Part shown: piece after piece, positions 39,058 through 47,500 of the stretch | How positions within the stretch are numbered: the stretch's first letter is position 1 | Layout of the letters: each line of letters begins with the position of its first letter | Program-made: the position numbers and the translations under genes | DNA from: Candidatus Krumholzibacteriia bacterium | GTDB taxonomy: Bacteria; Krumholzibacteriota; Krumholzibacteriia; LZORAL124-64-63 | Length of the DNA: 64,000 nt | Direction of reading: 5' to 3' | NCBI GenBank assembly: GCA_035447065.1 | Contig: DAOTGJ010000001.1 | Location: forward strand, 79,694 to 143,693 | Notes under the pieces: model-generated | What the model was told of the DNA's origin: nothing | The model's input: the letters and a program-made list of their open reading frames with translations, nothing else | Database searches by the model: none

Positions 39058-39858
39058 TCAGTTCTTGAGGCCGGCGAAGGCGATGATGGTGCTGGCCAGG
39101 TACCCCGGCTGCTCGATCATCATGTAATGCCCCACTTCCGGCATCGTCTTGTAGGTGATGGCGCGGGCGTCGCCGAAGCCCATGAGCTCCATGGCGCGGC
39201 GCGCATGGGCCGGATCCGGGAAGAGCATGGCGCTGCCGATCAGCAGGATGGGGATGGACTGCTGCTTGAGCTCCTCGGTCACGTCGAAATCGAAGCTGCT
39301 CAGCAGGAGCTGCTGGAACGTCACCTGGTCCGTGCGCAGGGCCATGTCCACGGCCTTCTGGTTCACCTCTTCGCGCGGGCTCATGTTCAGGTAGTAGCCG
39401 GCCACGAAGCGGTCGTAGTTGCGCACCAGCTGGTCCGCCACGGCGGCCTTCTGCTCGTCGGTGGCGAGCTGCTTGGGGGCGCAGTCGATGAGCGCCACGC
39501 GGTTCACGGCGTCGGGACGGTCGAAGGCGTAGCGCAGGGCCACCAGCCCGCCCATGCCGTGGCCCACCAGCGTGGGCCGCCGGATCCCGTGCTCCGCGAT
39601 GTAGTCCTCCAGCTCCTGGCTCACCGTCTCGATGGTGGCGTCGGCGATGGGCGGCGTGGTGCCGTGGCCGGGCAGCTCGAAGGTCCACACGTTGAAGACC
39701 AGCTTCAGCAGCGGGATCGTGTCCTCCCAGATGGTGGCGTTGCCGCCCAGGCCGTGGATGAGGACCAGGTCGTAGTCGCTGGTGCGCTCCACGGGAGCCT
39801 GGGCCGCGGCGGGCAGGGCCAGGGACAGCAGCAGCAGGCAGCACAGGATGCGGTTCAT
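39058..39858 (-). CDS. Exported alpha/beta-hydrolase-fold protein with Gly at the nucleophile position
   Basis: This is the C-terminal part of the 39058..40767 ORF. The ATG at 39858 overlaps the upstream stop (ATGA). The signal peptide is MNRILCCLLLLSLALPAAAQA. It has LVLIHGLGGN. The nucleophile elbow reads GHGMGG (codon GGC at 39556-39558) instead of GHSMGG. The His block EVGHYMM is present. Confidence 0.8.
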   Translation of the reverse strand: MNRILCCLLLLSLALPAAAQAPVERTSDYDLVLIHGLGGNATIWEDTIPLLKLVFNVWTFELPGHGTTPPIADATIETVSQELEDYIAEHGIRRPTLVGHGMGGLVALRYAFDRPDAVNRVALIDCAPKQLATDEQKAAVADQLVRNYDRFVAGYYLNMSPREEVNQKAVDMALRTDQVTFQQLLLSSFDFDVTEELKQQSIPILLIGSAMLFPDPAHARRAMELMGFGDARAITYKTMPEVGHYMMIEQPGYLASTIIAFAGLKN

Positions 39859-40703
39859 GGGCGTTCCTCGCGCAGGGGGATGGGGACGGCGAACAGATCC
39901 CCGTCGCGGGCGGGGGTCACGGGTCCGGACCAGGCCGCGCGCACCAGGGCCGCGGCCTCCGCGCCGGCCTCGCCGGGCGGAAGGTGGGTCAACACCACGG
40001 AGGCCGGTTCGGTTTCCAGGCAGAGCGCCGCCACCTGCTCCGGGGTCAGGTGGCCTTCCAGCTCGCGGCCTGAGGGCAGGGAGCACTCCACCACCAGGAG
40101 GTCGGCGCCGCGGGCCGCGGCGGCCAGCTCCGCGCACGGTCCGGAATCTCCGCTGAGCGCGAGCGTATGACCGGAGGCGTCGCGCAGGCGGTAGCCCAGG
40201 TTCCAGACGCTGAAGCGGTCCTCGAAGTGGGCGGCGCGGAAGGCGCGCACCGGCGCGTCGTCCGCCGATGTGACCGTCCAGCCGCCGTCGGTGTCCGAAG
40301 AAGTGGACAGGCCCTGGCCCGGCGCCAGCTCCAGGACCTCCAGCCGGCGCCGACGCGGCTCGGCCCACTCGCCGTAGAGGCCGCGCAGCCCTTCCACATA
40401 GGCGGCCAGGCCGCGGGGGCCGATGAGCTGCAGGTCCCGCTCCGACGTCAGGCTGCGCAGGCGCAGCGCGAAGAGCAGGGGCAGCAGATCCGCGCAGTGG
40501 TCGGGATGGAGATGGGTGAACAGCACCGCATCCACGGCGTCCAGGCTGTCCGGACCGTGGGGCGAGGCCACCAGGCGCGCCAGGGCGCCCGGACCCGGGT
40601 CCAGCAGGAGAGAGCGGCCGTCCAGCGTGAGCCAGGAGGCCGACGGGGACCGGTCGGGCGTGGGGACCGCGCCCCCGGTGCCGAACAGGACGATGCTGAT
40701 CAT
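39855..40703 (-). CDS. Metallo-beta-lactamase-fold hydrolase (RNase Z/BN-like)
   Basis: This is the C-terminal part of the 39855..42356 ORF, starting at the ATG at 40703 (MISIVLFGTGGAVPT). It has the HxHxDH motif as THLHPDHCAD, and C-terminal LTHL. Confidence 0.85.
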   Translation of the reverse strand: MISIVLFGTGGAVPTPDRSPSASWLTLDGRSLLLDPGPGALARLVASPHGPDSLDAVDAVLFTHLHPDHCADLLPLLFALRLRSLTSERDLQLIGPRGLAAYVEGLRGLYGEWAEPRRRRLEVLELAPGQGLSTSSDTDGGWTVTSADDAPVRAFRAAHFEDRFSVWNLGYRLRDASGHTLALSGDSGPCAELAAAARGADLLVVECSLPSGRELEGHLTPEQVAALCLETEPASVVLTHLPPGEAGAEAAALVRAAWSGPVTPARDGDLFAVPIPLREERP

Positions 40704-40829
40704 GGGCGACAAGGAACATGGACGGACGCCCCGGGTCAAGCCCGCCGCCCGTGGGGGAACTGGACACCCCCAGCGACGGCCACTATCATGATCCGTCCGT
40801 CCGTGCCGACTTGCGGGAAGGAGAACGCC

Positions 40830-42551
40830 TTGAGGATTCGACGTTTCGCGCCGCCGTCGTCGGGAGCCGCCCTGCTGCTGGGCCTGCTCCTGCTGCTGGC
40901 CGGCGCCGCCGCCGCCCAGCCCGCCGACGCGCCCGCCGAGGACGTGGTGCTGGGCCCCGACGAGATCCTGGCGTCGGACCTGCCCGTGGACGAGAAGATC
41001 GCCGCGGTCAACCGCCTGCTGGCCATGAACTCCCGCAACGCCGACCTCTACAACACCCTGGGCGTGCTCTTCGCCGAGAAGGAGGCCTGGTCCGAGGCCC
41101 GCGACGCCTTCCTCAACGCCGTGCAGCTCGCGCCGCGCAAGGCGGGCAACCACAAGAACCTGGGCCTGGCCCTGTCCAACCTGGGTCAGACCCAGATGGC
41201 CGTCATGGAGTTCCAGGCCTACGGTCGGCTGGACGAGGCCGGAGGCCGCGACGCCGGCCTGCTCATCGGCGACGCCTGGCGCCGCGCCGGCGACGACGCC
41301 CAGGCCCTGGCCTCCTACATGCAGGCCCTGGACGCCGCCGGCGGCTACGACGAGATCACCGCCCTGACCGCCGCCCAGGCCGCCCGTCTGCTCGACGCCC
41401 AGGACCGGTCCGCGGAGCTGGAGCAGCTTCTGGACCGCTACGCCGACGGGGCCGCGCGGCAGGTGGCCGCGGTGGGCGGCGAGCCCGTGGACGCCTTCAG
41501 CCGCGCGTCGGCCTACCTGGTGGACCGCCGGCTGGCCCTCTGGACGGAGAACGCCCGTCTGCTGAGCGAGGCCGGCCGCCCGGCCGAGGCCGCCGCCGTG
41601 TACGAGCGCGCCCTGGAGGCCGCCCCCCACCACGACGAGCTGCTCACCCTGCTGGCCACGGCCTGGCTGGACGCCGGACAGCCCATGAAGGCCAAGGTGC
41701 TGGCCCAGCGCGCCGTGACCGAGGCCCCGGAGCGGCCCGGCGGCTGGATCACCAAGGCCCGCATCGCCGAGGCCGAGCGCCGCACCCGCGACGCCCTGGA
41801 CGCCTACGAGAAGGCCTACGAGCTGGATCCCGGCCAGGAGGGCCTGGCCGCCAAGATCGGCCAGCTCCACATGGTGCTGGGCGACACGGCCGCCGCGCGC
41901 CGCTTCATGGGCGCCGTGGCGTCGGACCCCAACACGCCGCCGGAGCTCCTCTACAACTACGCCATCAGCCTGCAGCGCGAGGACGAGTGGAGCCTGTCCG
42001 TGGCGCCGCTGCGGCGCGTGGTCCAGGCGTCGCCGGATCTGGCGCCGGCCTGGCGCGCCCTGGGCACGGCCCTGCGCCGCACGGACCGCTACGCCGAAGC
42101 GGCCCGGGCCTTCGACCGCTCCGTGGCCCTGGAGGCCGATCCCAAGGCCGCCTTCCAAGCCGGCTACTGCCACGCGCGCGCCGACGACCACGAGGCGGCC
42201 GTGGCGTCGTACCGCCGCTCGTTGGAGGGGGATCCCACCAACACCAAGGCCTGGTACAACATGATCCTGGCCGAGATGAAGATCCGCAGCCACGCGGCCG
42301 CCCTGGCGGACCTGGACGTCCTGCAGGGTCTGGAGGGCGACACCTACCGCGTGCACTTCAACCGCGGCATCGCCCTGGGGGCCCTGGGCCGCAACGAGGA
42401 GGCCGTGGAGGCCTACGAGCTGGCCATCGAGCAGGAGGAGACCTCCGCCGCCTGGAACAACCTGGGCGTGGCGCTCAACGCCCTGGGCGAGAAGAGCGAG
42501 GCCGCCGAGTGCTTCAAGGTGAGCAAGGAGCTCGCCGCAAAGGGGAAGTGA
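40830..42551 (+). CDS. Exported TPR-repeat protein
   Basis: This lies within the 40167..42551 ORF. A TTG at 40830 follows GGAAGGAG and opens a signal peptide (RIRRFAPPSSGAALLLGLLLLLAGAAAAQP). Many TPR units follow (AWYNMILAEMK, AWNNLGVALNALGEKSEA and others). Confidence 0.85.
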   Translation: MRIRRFAPPSSGAALLLGLLLLLAGAAAAQPADAPAEDVVLGPDEILASDLPVDEKIAAVNRLLAMNSRNADLYNTLGVLFAEKEAWSEARDAFLNAVQLAPRKAGNHKNLGLALSNLGQTQMAVMEFQAYGRLDEAGGRDAGLLIGDAWRRAGDDAQALASYMQALDAAGGYDEITALTAAQAARLLDAQDRSAELEQLLDRYADGAARQVAAVGGEPVDAFSRASAYLVDRRLALWTENARLLSEAGRPAEAAAVYERALEAAPHHDELLTLLATAWLDAGQPMKAKVLAQRAVTEAPERPGGWITKARIAEAERRTRDALDAYEKAYELDPGQEGLAAKIGQLHMVLGDTAAARRFMGAVASDPNTPPELLYNYAISLQREDEWSLSVAPLRRVVQASPDLAPAWRALGTALRRTDRYAEAARAFDRSVALEADPKAAFQAGYCHARADDHEAAVASYRRSLEGDPTNTKAWYNMILAEMKIRSHAAALADLDVLQGLEGDTYRVHFNRGIALGALGRNEEAVEAYELAIEQEETSAAWNNLGVALNALGEKSEAAECFKVSKELAAKGK

Positions 42552-42553
42552 CC

Positions 42554-43621
42554 GTGAGCCGACACCCGTCCCTGCTGCTGCCCGTGCTCCTGTACGCCGC
42601 CGCGGCCCTGGCCGGCGAGCCCGCCGTCCCGGGCCACCCCGCCCTGCTGCCGGAGCTGGATCCCGACGGCCCGTTCCCCCGCTTCTCCGCGGAGGAGCTG
42701 GCCGCGCACGGCTTTCCGGACCACCAGCACCGCTACTTCTGGCCGGGCTACGCGGCCCCGCGCGACGCCGACGGCCGCGAGTACGGACTGGGTTCGCTGT
42801 GCTCGGGCATCGTGAGCAAGGAGCGGCCGGACCTGACGGTGGAGCCGGGCCTGCTGCGCCTGGGCCGCTACGAGCTGGCCTACAAGGCGGACGCGGCGCC
42901 CTGCTACGTGGCGCCGTTCCTGGGACTGTGCGAGATGGCGGAGCGCGACCTGGCCCGGGTCCTGCAGCTCACGCCGCCGGAGCGCCTGCGCATCGTCAGC
43001 CCCGACGACACGGAGGCCTACACCGCCCGCACGGGTCTGGGCATGTGGCGCATGTACGATCTGGAGGGCGACACCTGCGTGGTGCAGCCGGTGGGCATCC
43101 TGGCGCGGCGCACGCTCATCGGCCACGCGGCGTGGGACATGATCGCGCGCTGGACGCTGGAGCGGGAGGTCGGAGGTCGTCTGCCCCTGTGGCTGCGCGA
43201 CGGCACCGCCTCCTGGTTCGCGGAGATGGGCGTGCACCTGGTGAACTACACGGCGCAGATGCGGCTGGCCGGCATGCCGGTCCTGCAGTCGCCCGCCGAG
43301 ACCGACGCCGTCCTCGCCGCGCCGCCCCTGGCCGACGACGAGGCCGACCGCTTCGCCTTCCGCCGCGCCCGCTACAACGCCTTCCTCATGGTCTGGCACC
43401 TGGTGGAGCACCGGGGCGGCGTGGCCACCCTGAGCGCCCTGCTCCAGTCCGTGCGCGACGGCGCGGACCCCGACTCCGCCTGCCGCAGCCTCTACGGCGA
43501 GGGCCTGGCGGACCTGACCGCATCCCTGGATCCCCGCGAGATCGGCGAGCCCCTGGGCGACGCCGTGCAGCAGCGCAACCCCGCCCAGCCGCCGCCGGCG
43601 GGCGCCACCCACGGAGAGTGA
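42554..43621 (+). CDS. Hypothetical exported protein
   Basis: This lies within the 40718..43621 ORF. The GTG at 42554 is 2 nt after the TPR stop and opens SRHPSLLLPVLLYAAAALAG. I recognise no family. Confidence 0.7.
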   Translation: MSRHPSLLLPVLLYAAAALAGEPAVPGHPALLPELDPDGPFPRFSAEELAAHGFPDHQHRYFWPGYAAPRDADGREYGLGSLCSGIVSKERPDLTVEPGLLRLGRYELAYKADAAPCYVAPFLGLCEMAERDLARVLQLTPPERLRIVSPDDTEAYTARTGLGMWRMYDLEGDTCVVQPVGILARRTLIGHAAWDMIARWTLEREVGGRLPLWLRDGTASWFAEMGVHLVNYTAQMRLAGMPVLQSPAETDAVLAAPPLADDEADRFAFRRARYNAFLMVWHLVEHRGGVATLSALLQSVRDGADPDSACRSLYGEGLADLTASLDPREIGEPLGDAVQQRNPAQPPPAGATHGE

Positions 43622-43628
43622 CCCGCCC

Positions 43629-45107
43629 ATGAGCGACGACATCCGCGTCCGCTTCGCGCCCAGCCCCACCGGCTACCTGCACGTGGGGGGCGCGCGCACC
43701 GCCCTGTTCAACTGGCTGTACGCCCGCAAGACCGGCGGCGCGTTCATCCTGCGCATCGAGGACACGGACCAGGAGCGCAGCACGGAGGCCTCCTACGCCG
43801 CCATCCTGCGCGGCATGGAGTGGCTGGGTCTGGACTGGGACGAGGGCCCGGGCGTGGGCGGCCCCAACGGGCCGTACCTGCAGTCGGAGCGTCTGGACAT
43901 CTACCGCGAGCAGCTGGACGCGCTGCGCGCCGACGGACGCATCTACCCCTGCTACTGCACCAGCGAGGAGACGGCCGCGCGCAACGTGGCCAGGGGCGAG
44001 GAGGCCATCGCCGGTTACGACGGCCACTGCCGCGAGCTCACCGCCGCGCAGCGCGCCGCCTTCGAGGCCGAGGGGCGCGTGCCGAGCTGGCGTCTGCGCA
44101 CGCCGGACGAGGGCAGCACCGTGTGGTTCGACATCGTCTACGACAAGCGCGAGTTCCCCAACAGCACCCTCGTCGACCGCGTGGTGCAGAAGACCGACGG
44201 CTTCCCCACCTACAACTTCGCCGTGGTGGTGGACGACCACCTCATGGGCATCACCCACTGCCTGCGCGGCGACGACCACGTGAGCAACACGCCGTTCCAG
44301 ATCGCCGTGTACGAGGCCCTGGGCTGGAAGCCCCCCAAGTTCGGCCACATGCCCATGATCCTGGGCCAGGACCGCAAGCGGCTGAGCAAGCGGCACGGCG
44401 CCACCAGCGTGGAGGAGTTCGCGGGCGAGGGCTACCTGCCCGACGCCATGGTCAACTACCTGGCCCTGCTGGGCTGGTCGGCGGGCGGTTCGGGCGACGA
44501 GGTCTTCGCCCGCTCGGAGCTCATCAAGAAGTTCAGCCTGAAGAAGGTGAACTCCTCGCCGGCGGCCTTCGACTACGACAAGCTCAACCACATCAACGCC
44601 CAGCACCTCAAGCGCCTGGGTCCGCCGGAGCGCCTGGCCCTGGCCGAGCCCATGCTGGCCGAGCGCGGCTGGGCCCTGGACCCCGCCTGGTCCGTGCCCG
44701 CCAAGGACACGCGCGACTACCTGGGCCAGGTGCTCAAGCTCCTGGGCGGCCGCTTCAGCGACCTGCGCCGCGTGCCCGAGCAGATCGGCTTCTTCTTCAC
44801 CGAGGACTTCCCGCGCGACGACGAGGCCGTGGCCGAGCACCTGGCCGGCGACGACGTGCGCGCGCGCCTGAGCGGCCTGGCCGCCCGCCTGGAACCGGCG
44901 CTGGCGTCCGGCGCGCCCCTGGGTCAGGATGTCTACGAGGAGGCGGTGCGCGCCGAGGCCGAGGCCCTGGGCGCGACCGCGGGCGAGCTCATCCACCCCT
45001 GCCGCGTGGCGCTCACGGGTCAGACCCGCAGCGCGGGCATGTGGGAGGTCATGGAGCTCATCGGCGGGCCGCGCGTGGTGGCGCGGCTGCGCGCCGCCGG
45101 CGCCTGA
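43629..45107 (+). CDS. gltX: Glutamate--tRNA ligase
   Basis: 492-aa ORF. It has RFAPSPTGYLHVGGARTALFNW (HIGH-type motif), KLSKRHG (KMSKS-type motif) and the Cys cluster PCYC...HC. Confidence 0.97.
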   Translation: MSDDIRVRFAPSPTGYLHVGGARTALFNWLYARKTGGAFILRIEDTDQERSTEASYAAILRGMEWLGLDWDEGPGVGGPNGPYLQSERLDIYREQLDALRADGRIYPCYCTSEETAARNVARGEEAIAGYDGHCRELTAAQRAAFEAEGRVPSWRLRTPDEGSTVWFDIVYDKREFPNSTLVDRVVQKTDGFPTYNFAVVVDDHLMGITHCLRGDDHVSNTPFQIAVYEALGWKPPKFGHMPMILGQDRKRLSKRHGATSVEEFAGEGYLPDAMVNYLALLGWSAGGSGDEVFARSELIKKFSLKKVNSSPAAFDYDKLNHINAQHLKRLGPPERLALAEPMLAERGWALDPAWSVPAKDTRDYLGQVLKLLGGRFSDLRRVPEQIGFFFTEDFPRDDEAVAEHLAGDDVRARLSGLAARLEPALASGAPLGQDVYEEAVRAEAEALGATAGELIHPCRVALTGQTRSAGMWEVMELIGGPRVVARLRAAGA

Positions 45108-47203
45108 GGCGGCAGGGAGGCGGACGAGGGGAGCGGGTCCTGATCTGGCGGATCGTCGTACGCTACCTGCTGGTCTGGGGCGTGAACGCGGCCTCCCTGG
45201 CCCTGGCCGCCGCGCTGGTGCCCGGCCTGTGGTTCGACACGGGGGATCCGCGCTGGTGGATCGCGGCCGTGCTGCTGCCGGTCTGGTTCTCCCTGGGCAT
45301 CCTCCTGCTGCGCCCCCTGCTGGTGCTGGCCACCCTGCCGCTGAACGCCGCCGCCCTGGGTCTGCCCACGCTGCTGTTCAACGGTCTGATCCTCTATCTG
45401 GTCGCGGACCTGCAGCCGGCGTTCCATGTGGAGAGCCTGGGCGACGCCTTCCTGGGCCTGATCCTCTTCACCGTGATCAACACGGCGGTCTCCAGCCGGC
45501 TCGGCATCGACGAGGTCTATCCCTTCTTCCAGACCATCCTCAAGCGGGTGGGGACCCGCTACGGTCCCCGCCCGGCGCCCGGCGTGCGCCGGGGCCTGAT
45601 CATCCTGCAGGTGGACGGCCTGGCCTGGCGCAGCCTGGTGCGCGCCGTGCGCCGCGGCCGCATGCCGGCCCTGTCGGCCATGATGGGCCTGGGCACCCAC
45701 CGCCTGCGCCGCTGGCAGGCGGGCGTGCCCTCGAACACGCCGGTGGTGCAGAGCGGCCTGTTCTACGGCACCCGCGGCGCGGTGCCCGGCTACCGCTGGT
45801 ACGACCGCGCCGAGGACCGCGTGCGCGCCGCGAGCTCGCCGTCGGACCTGCGCGTGCTGGAAAGCACCGTGGCCGACGGACGCACGGGCCTGCTGGCCGG
45901 CGGCTCCTGCATCAACAGCCTGCTGGGCGGCGGCGCCGAGAAGAAGCTGCTCACCCTGAGCGCCATGAAGGGCGCGCGCGTGGACCCGGCCGGCGGCGAG
46001 CGCGCCGATGTGAACCTCTTCTGGCTCAACCCCTGGGCCTACTCCTCGGCGGTGCTGAGCACCGGCTGGGAGTTCCTCTCGGCCCTGGTCTGGACCGTGA
46101 TCTCCCGCTTCCAACCCCGCAAGCGGGTGATCCGCCGCTCCCTGCGCGACGCCGCCGCCCGCGCCGTGGGCAACGCCTTCCTGCGCGAGACGGCCTTCTT
46201 CTGGCTGGAGCAGGACGTGGCCCGGGGCGTGCCGGTGATCTACTCCAACTTCGTGGGCTACGACGAGGTGGCGCACCATGCCGGCCCCGATGCAGGGGAG
46301 GCCTTGGCCACCCTCACCGGCTTCGACCGCAAGCTGCAACGCCTGCGCCGCCAGCTCCAGCGCGCGCCCCTGGACTACGACCTGGTTCTGCTGTCGGACC
46401 ACGGCCAGAGCGCCTGCGTGCCTTTCCGCGTGGTGGCGGGACGCACCCTGGAGGACCTGGTGGACGAGCTCTGCGGGCGCACGGTGCCGGTCTGGCGCCT
46501 GGACGACACGGAAGCGGCCTACGTGGACGGCCTGCTGGAGGAGCTGGACACGGACCCGGATCAGGTCTCCTGGCTGTCGCGCCGCAGCTACCGCACCCTG
46601 GCGCGCCTGCGCGCGGCCGGGCCGCGGGCGCTGCCGCCGCCGGCGGCGGAGGACGACCACCTCATCGTGTGCGTGTCCGGCGGTCTGGCCCACCTGTACC
46701 AGCGGCGGGCGCCGCGGCCCTTGGGCCTGGAGGAGGTGCGCACCCTGTATCCCGGTCTGGTGGAAGGGCTGGTGAGCACGCCGGGCATCGCGGTGGTGGC
46801 GGGGCGGGACCGCGACGGCCGTCCCCTGGCGGTGGGCCGCGCCGGCGTGCGGCATCTGGCCACGGGCCAGGTGGTGGGGGAGACCGACCCCATGGCCGTC
46901 TACGGGGACCGCCATCTCTGGAGCCGCGAGCTGGCCCGTCTGGCGGCCCTGGACACCGCCGGCGACCTGGTGATCCTGGCCGACCGGCTCTCCGAGCGCC
47001 GCGAGGTGACCTTCGAAGAGCAGGTGGGGACCCACGGCGGCGTGGGCGGTCCGCAGAACGAGCCCTTCCTGCTGATCCCGTCCACCTGGCGGGTCTATCC
47101 GTCGGATCTGAACGGCCCGGAAGCGGTCCATACGCTGCTGAAACGGCACCTGGAAGGGGTGGCGGAAATTCCACCCGATTCCTTGCATTCGTCCGGAGGG
47201 TGA
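45041..47203 (+). CDS. Fusion of a PF04020-like ('phage holin family 4' / YvlD-like) four-TM domain with an alkaline-phosphatase-superfamily domain
   Basis: This lies within the 43820..47203 ORF. The conserved membrane domain starts at about 45140 (LIWRIVVRYLLVWGVNAASLALAAALVPGL...). No ATG, GTG or TTG lies between 45042 and 45181. Possible starts are GTG 45041 (67-nt overlap with gltX, Arg-rich extension), CTG 45140 after GGGGAG, or GTG 45182 (which truncates TM1). The AP-type blocks are LQVDGLAW, SNTPVVQSGLFYG, GYDEVAHHAGP, LLSDHGQS and GTHGG. Confidence 0.8.
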   Translation: MGGHGAHRRAARGGAAARRRRLRRQGGGRGERVLIWRIVVRYLLVWGVNAASLALAAALVPGLWFDTGDPRWWIAAVLLPVWFSLGILLLRPLLVLATLPLNAAALGLPTLLFNGLILYLVADLQPAFHVESLGDAFLGLILFTVINTAVSSRLGIDEVYPFFQTILKRVGTRYGPRPAPGVRRGLIILQVDGLAWRSLVRAVRRGRMPALSAMMGLGTHRLRRWQAGVPSNTPVVQSGLFYGTRGAVPGYRWYDRAEDRVRAASSPSDLRVLESTVADGRTGLLAGGSCINSLLGGGAEKKLLTLSAMKGARVDPAGGERADVNLFWLNPWAYSSAVLSTGWEFLSALVWTVISRFQPRKRVIRRSLRDAAARAVGNAFLRETAFFWLEQDVARGVPVIYSNFVGYDEVAHHAGPDAGEALATLTGFDRKLQRLRRQLQRAPLDYDLVLLSDHGQSACVPFRVVAGRTLEDLVDELCGRTVPVWRLDDTEAAYVDGLLEELDTDPDQVSWLSRRSYRTLARLRAAGPRALPPPAAEDDHLIVCVSGGLAHLYQRRAPRPLGLEEVRTLYPGLVEGLVSTPGIAVVAGRDRDGRPLAVGRAGVRHLATGQVVGETDPMAVYGDRHLWSRELARLAALDTAGDLVILADRLSERREVTFEEQVGTHGGVGGPQNEPFLLIPSTWRVYPSDLNGPEAVHTLLKRHLEGVAEIPPDSLHSSGG

Positions 47204-47222
47204 TCTATATTCCCCCTCCGAT

Positions 47223-47296
47223 TGCCCGGTCGTCCAACGGCAGGACAGCTGACTCTGGATCAGTCGATGAGGGTTCGAATCCTTCCCGGGCAACCA
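47223..47296 (+). tRNA. tRNA-Gln (anticodon CUG)
   Basis: TGCCCGG-TC-GTCC-AACGGCA-GGAC-A-GCTGA-CTCTGGA-TCAGT-CGAT-GAGGG-TTCGAAT-CCTTC-CCGGGCA-A-CCA. This is 74 nt with the U1:A72 pair typical of tRNA-Gln and an encoded CCA. Confidence 0.9.
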
Positions 47297-47336
47297 TGGC
47301 AATCGCGCGGCCTGACGGGCTGCGCCTTCAGAACGG

Positions 47337-47412
47337 GCCCCCTTCGTCTAGTGGCCTAGGACGCCGCCCTCTCACGGCGGTAACACGGGTTCGAGTCCCG
47401 TAGGGGGTACCA
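47337..47412 (+). tRNA. tRNA-Glu (anticodon CUC)
   Basis: GCCCCCT-TC-GTCT-AGTGGCCTA-GGAC-G-CCGCC-CTCTCAC-GGCGG-TAAC-ACGGG-TTCGAGT-CCCGT-AGGGGGT-A-CCA. This is 76 nt, close to the E. coli tRNA-Glu layout, with a G1-U72 wobble. Confidence 0.9.
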
Positions 47413-47417
47413 GATCG

Positions 47418-47450
47418 AACGGGCCGCTCCATCAGGGGCGGCCCGTTTCC
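47418..47450. terminator. Hairpin after the tRNA pair
   Basis: 10-bp stem AACGGGCCGC (47418-47427) / GCGGCCCGTT (47438-47447) followed by TCC. The short T-run is partly inside the stem. Confidence 0.5.
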
Positions 47451-47474
47451 TCATGCCTCCGACCCGGAGAGGGA

Positions 47475-47492
47475 ACCTGCCATGCGGCAGGT
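47475..47492 (-). terminator. Small hairpin just downstream of the convergent hydrolase gene
   Basis: ACCTGCC-ATGC-GGCAGGT (7-bp stem), 8 nt after the TAG at 47501-47503 on the minus strand. Pyrimidine-rich sequence follows. Confidence 0.35.
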
Positions 47493-47500
47493 ACGCTCCG

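Noticed and set aside
42554-43621. HxxEH (HLVEH) in the hypothetical exported protein as an inverted-zincin protease motif
   Set aside because: It is a single pentapeptide near the C-terminus with none of the other M16-type features. It is most likely a chance occurrence.
45140-45500. 'Phage holin family 4'-like membrane domain as evidence of a prophage lysis cassette
   Set aside because: It is fused in-frame to an alkaline-phosphatase-type domain and is flanked by gltX and tRNAs. No endolysin, spanin or phage structural genes are present.
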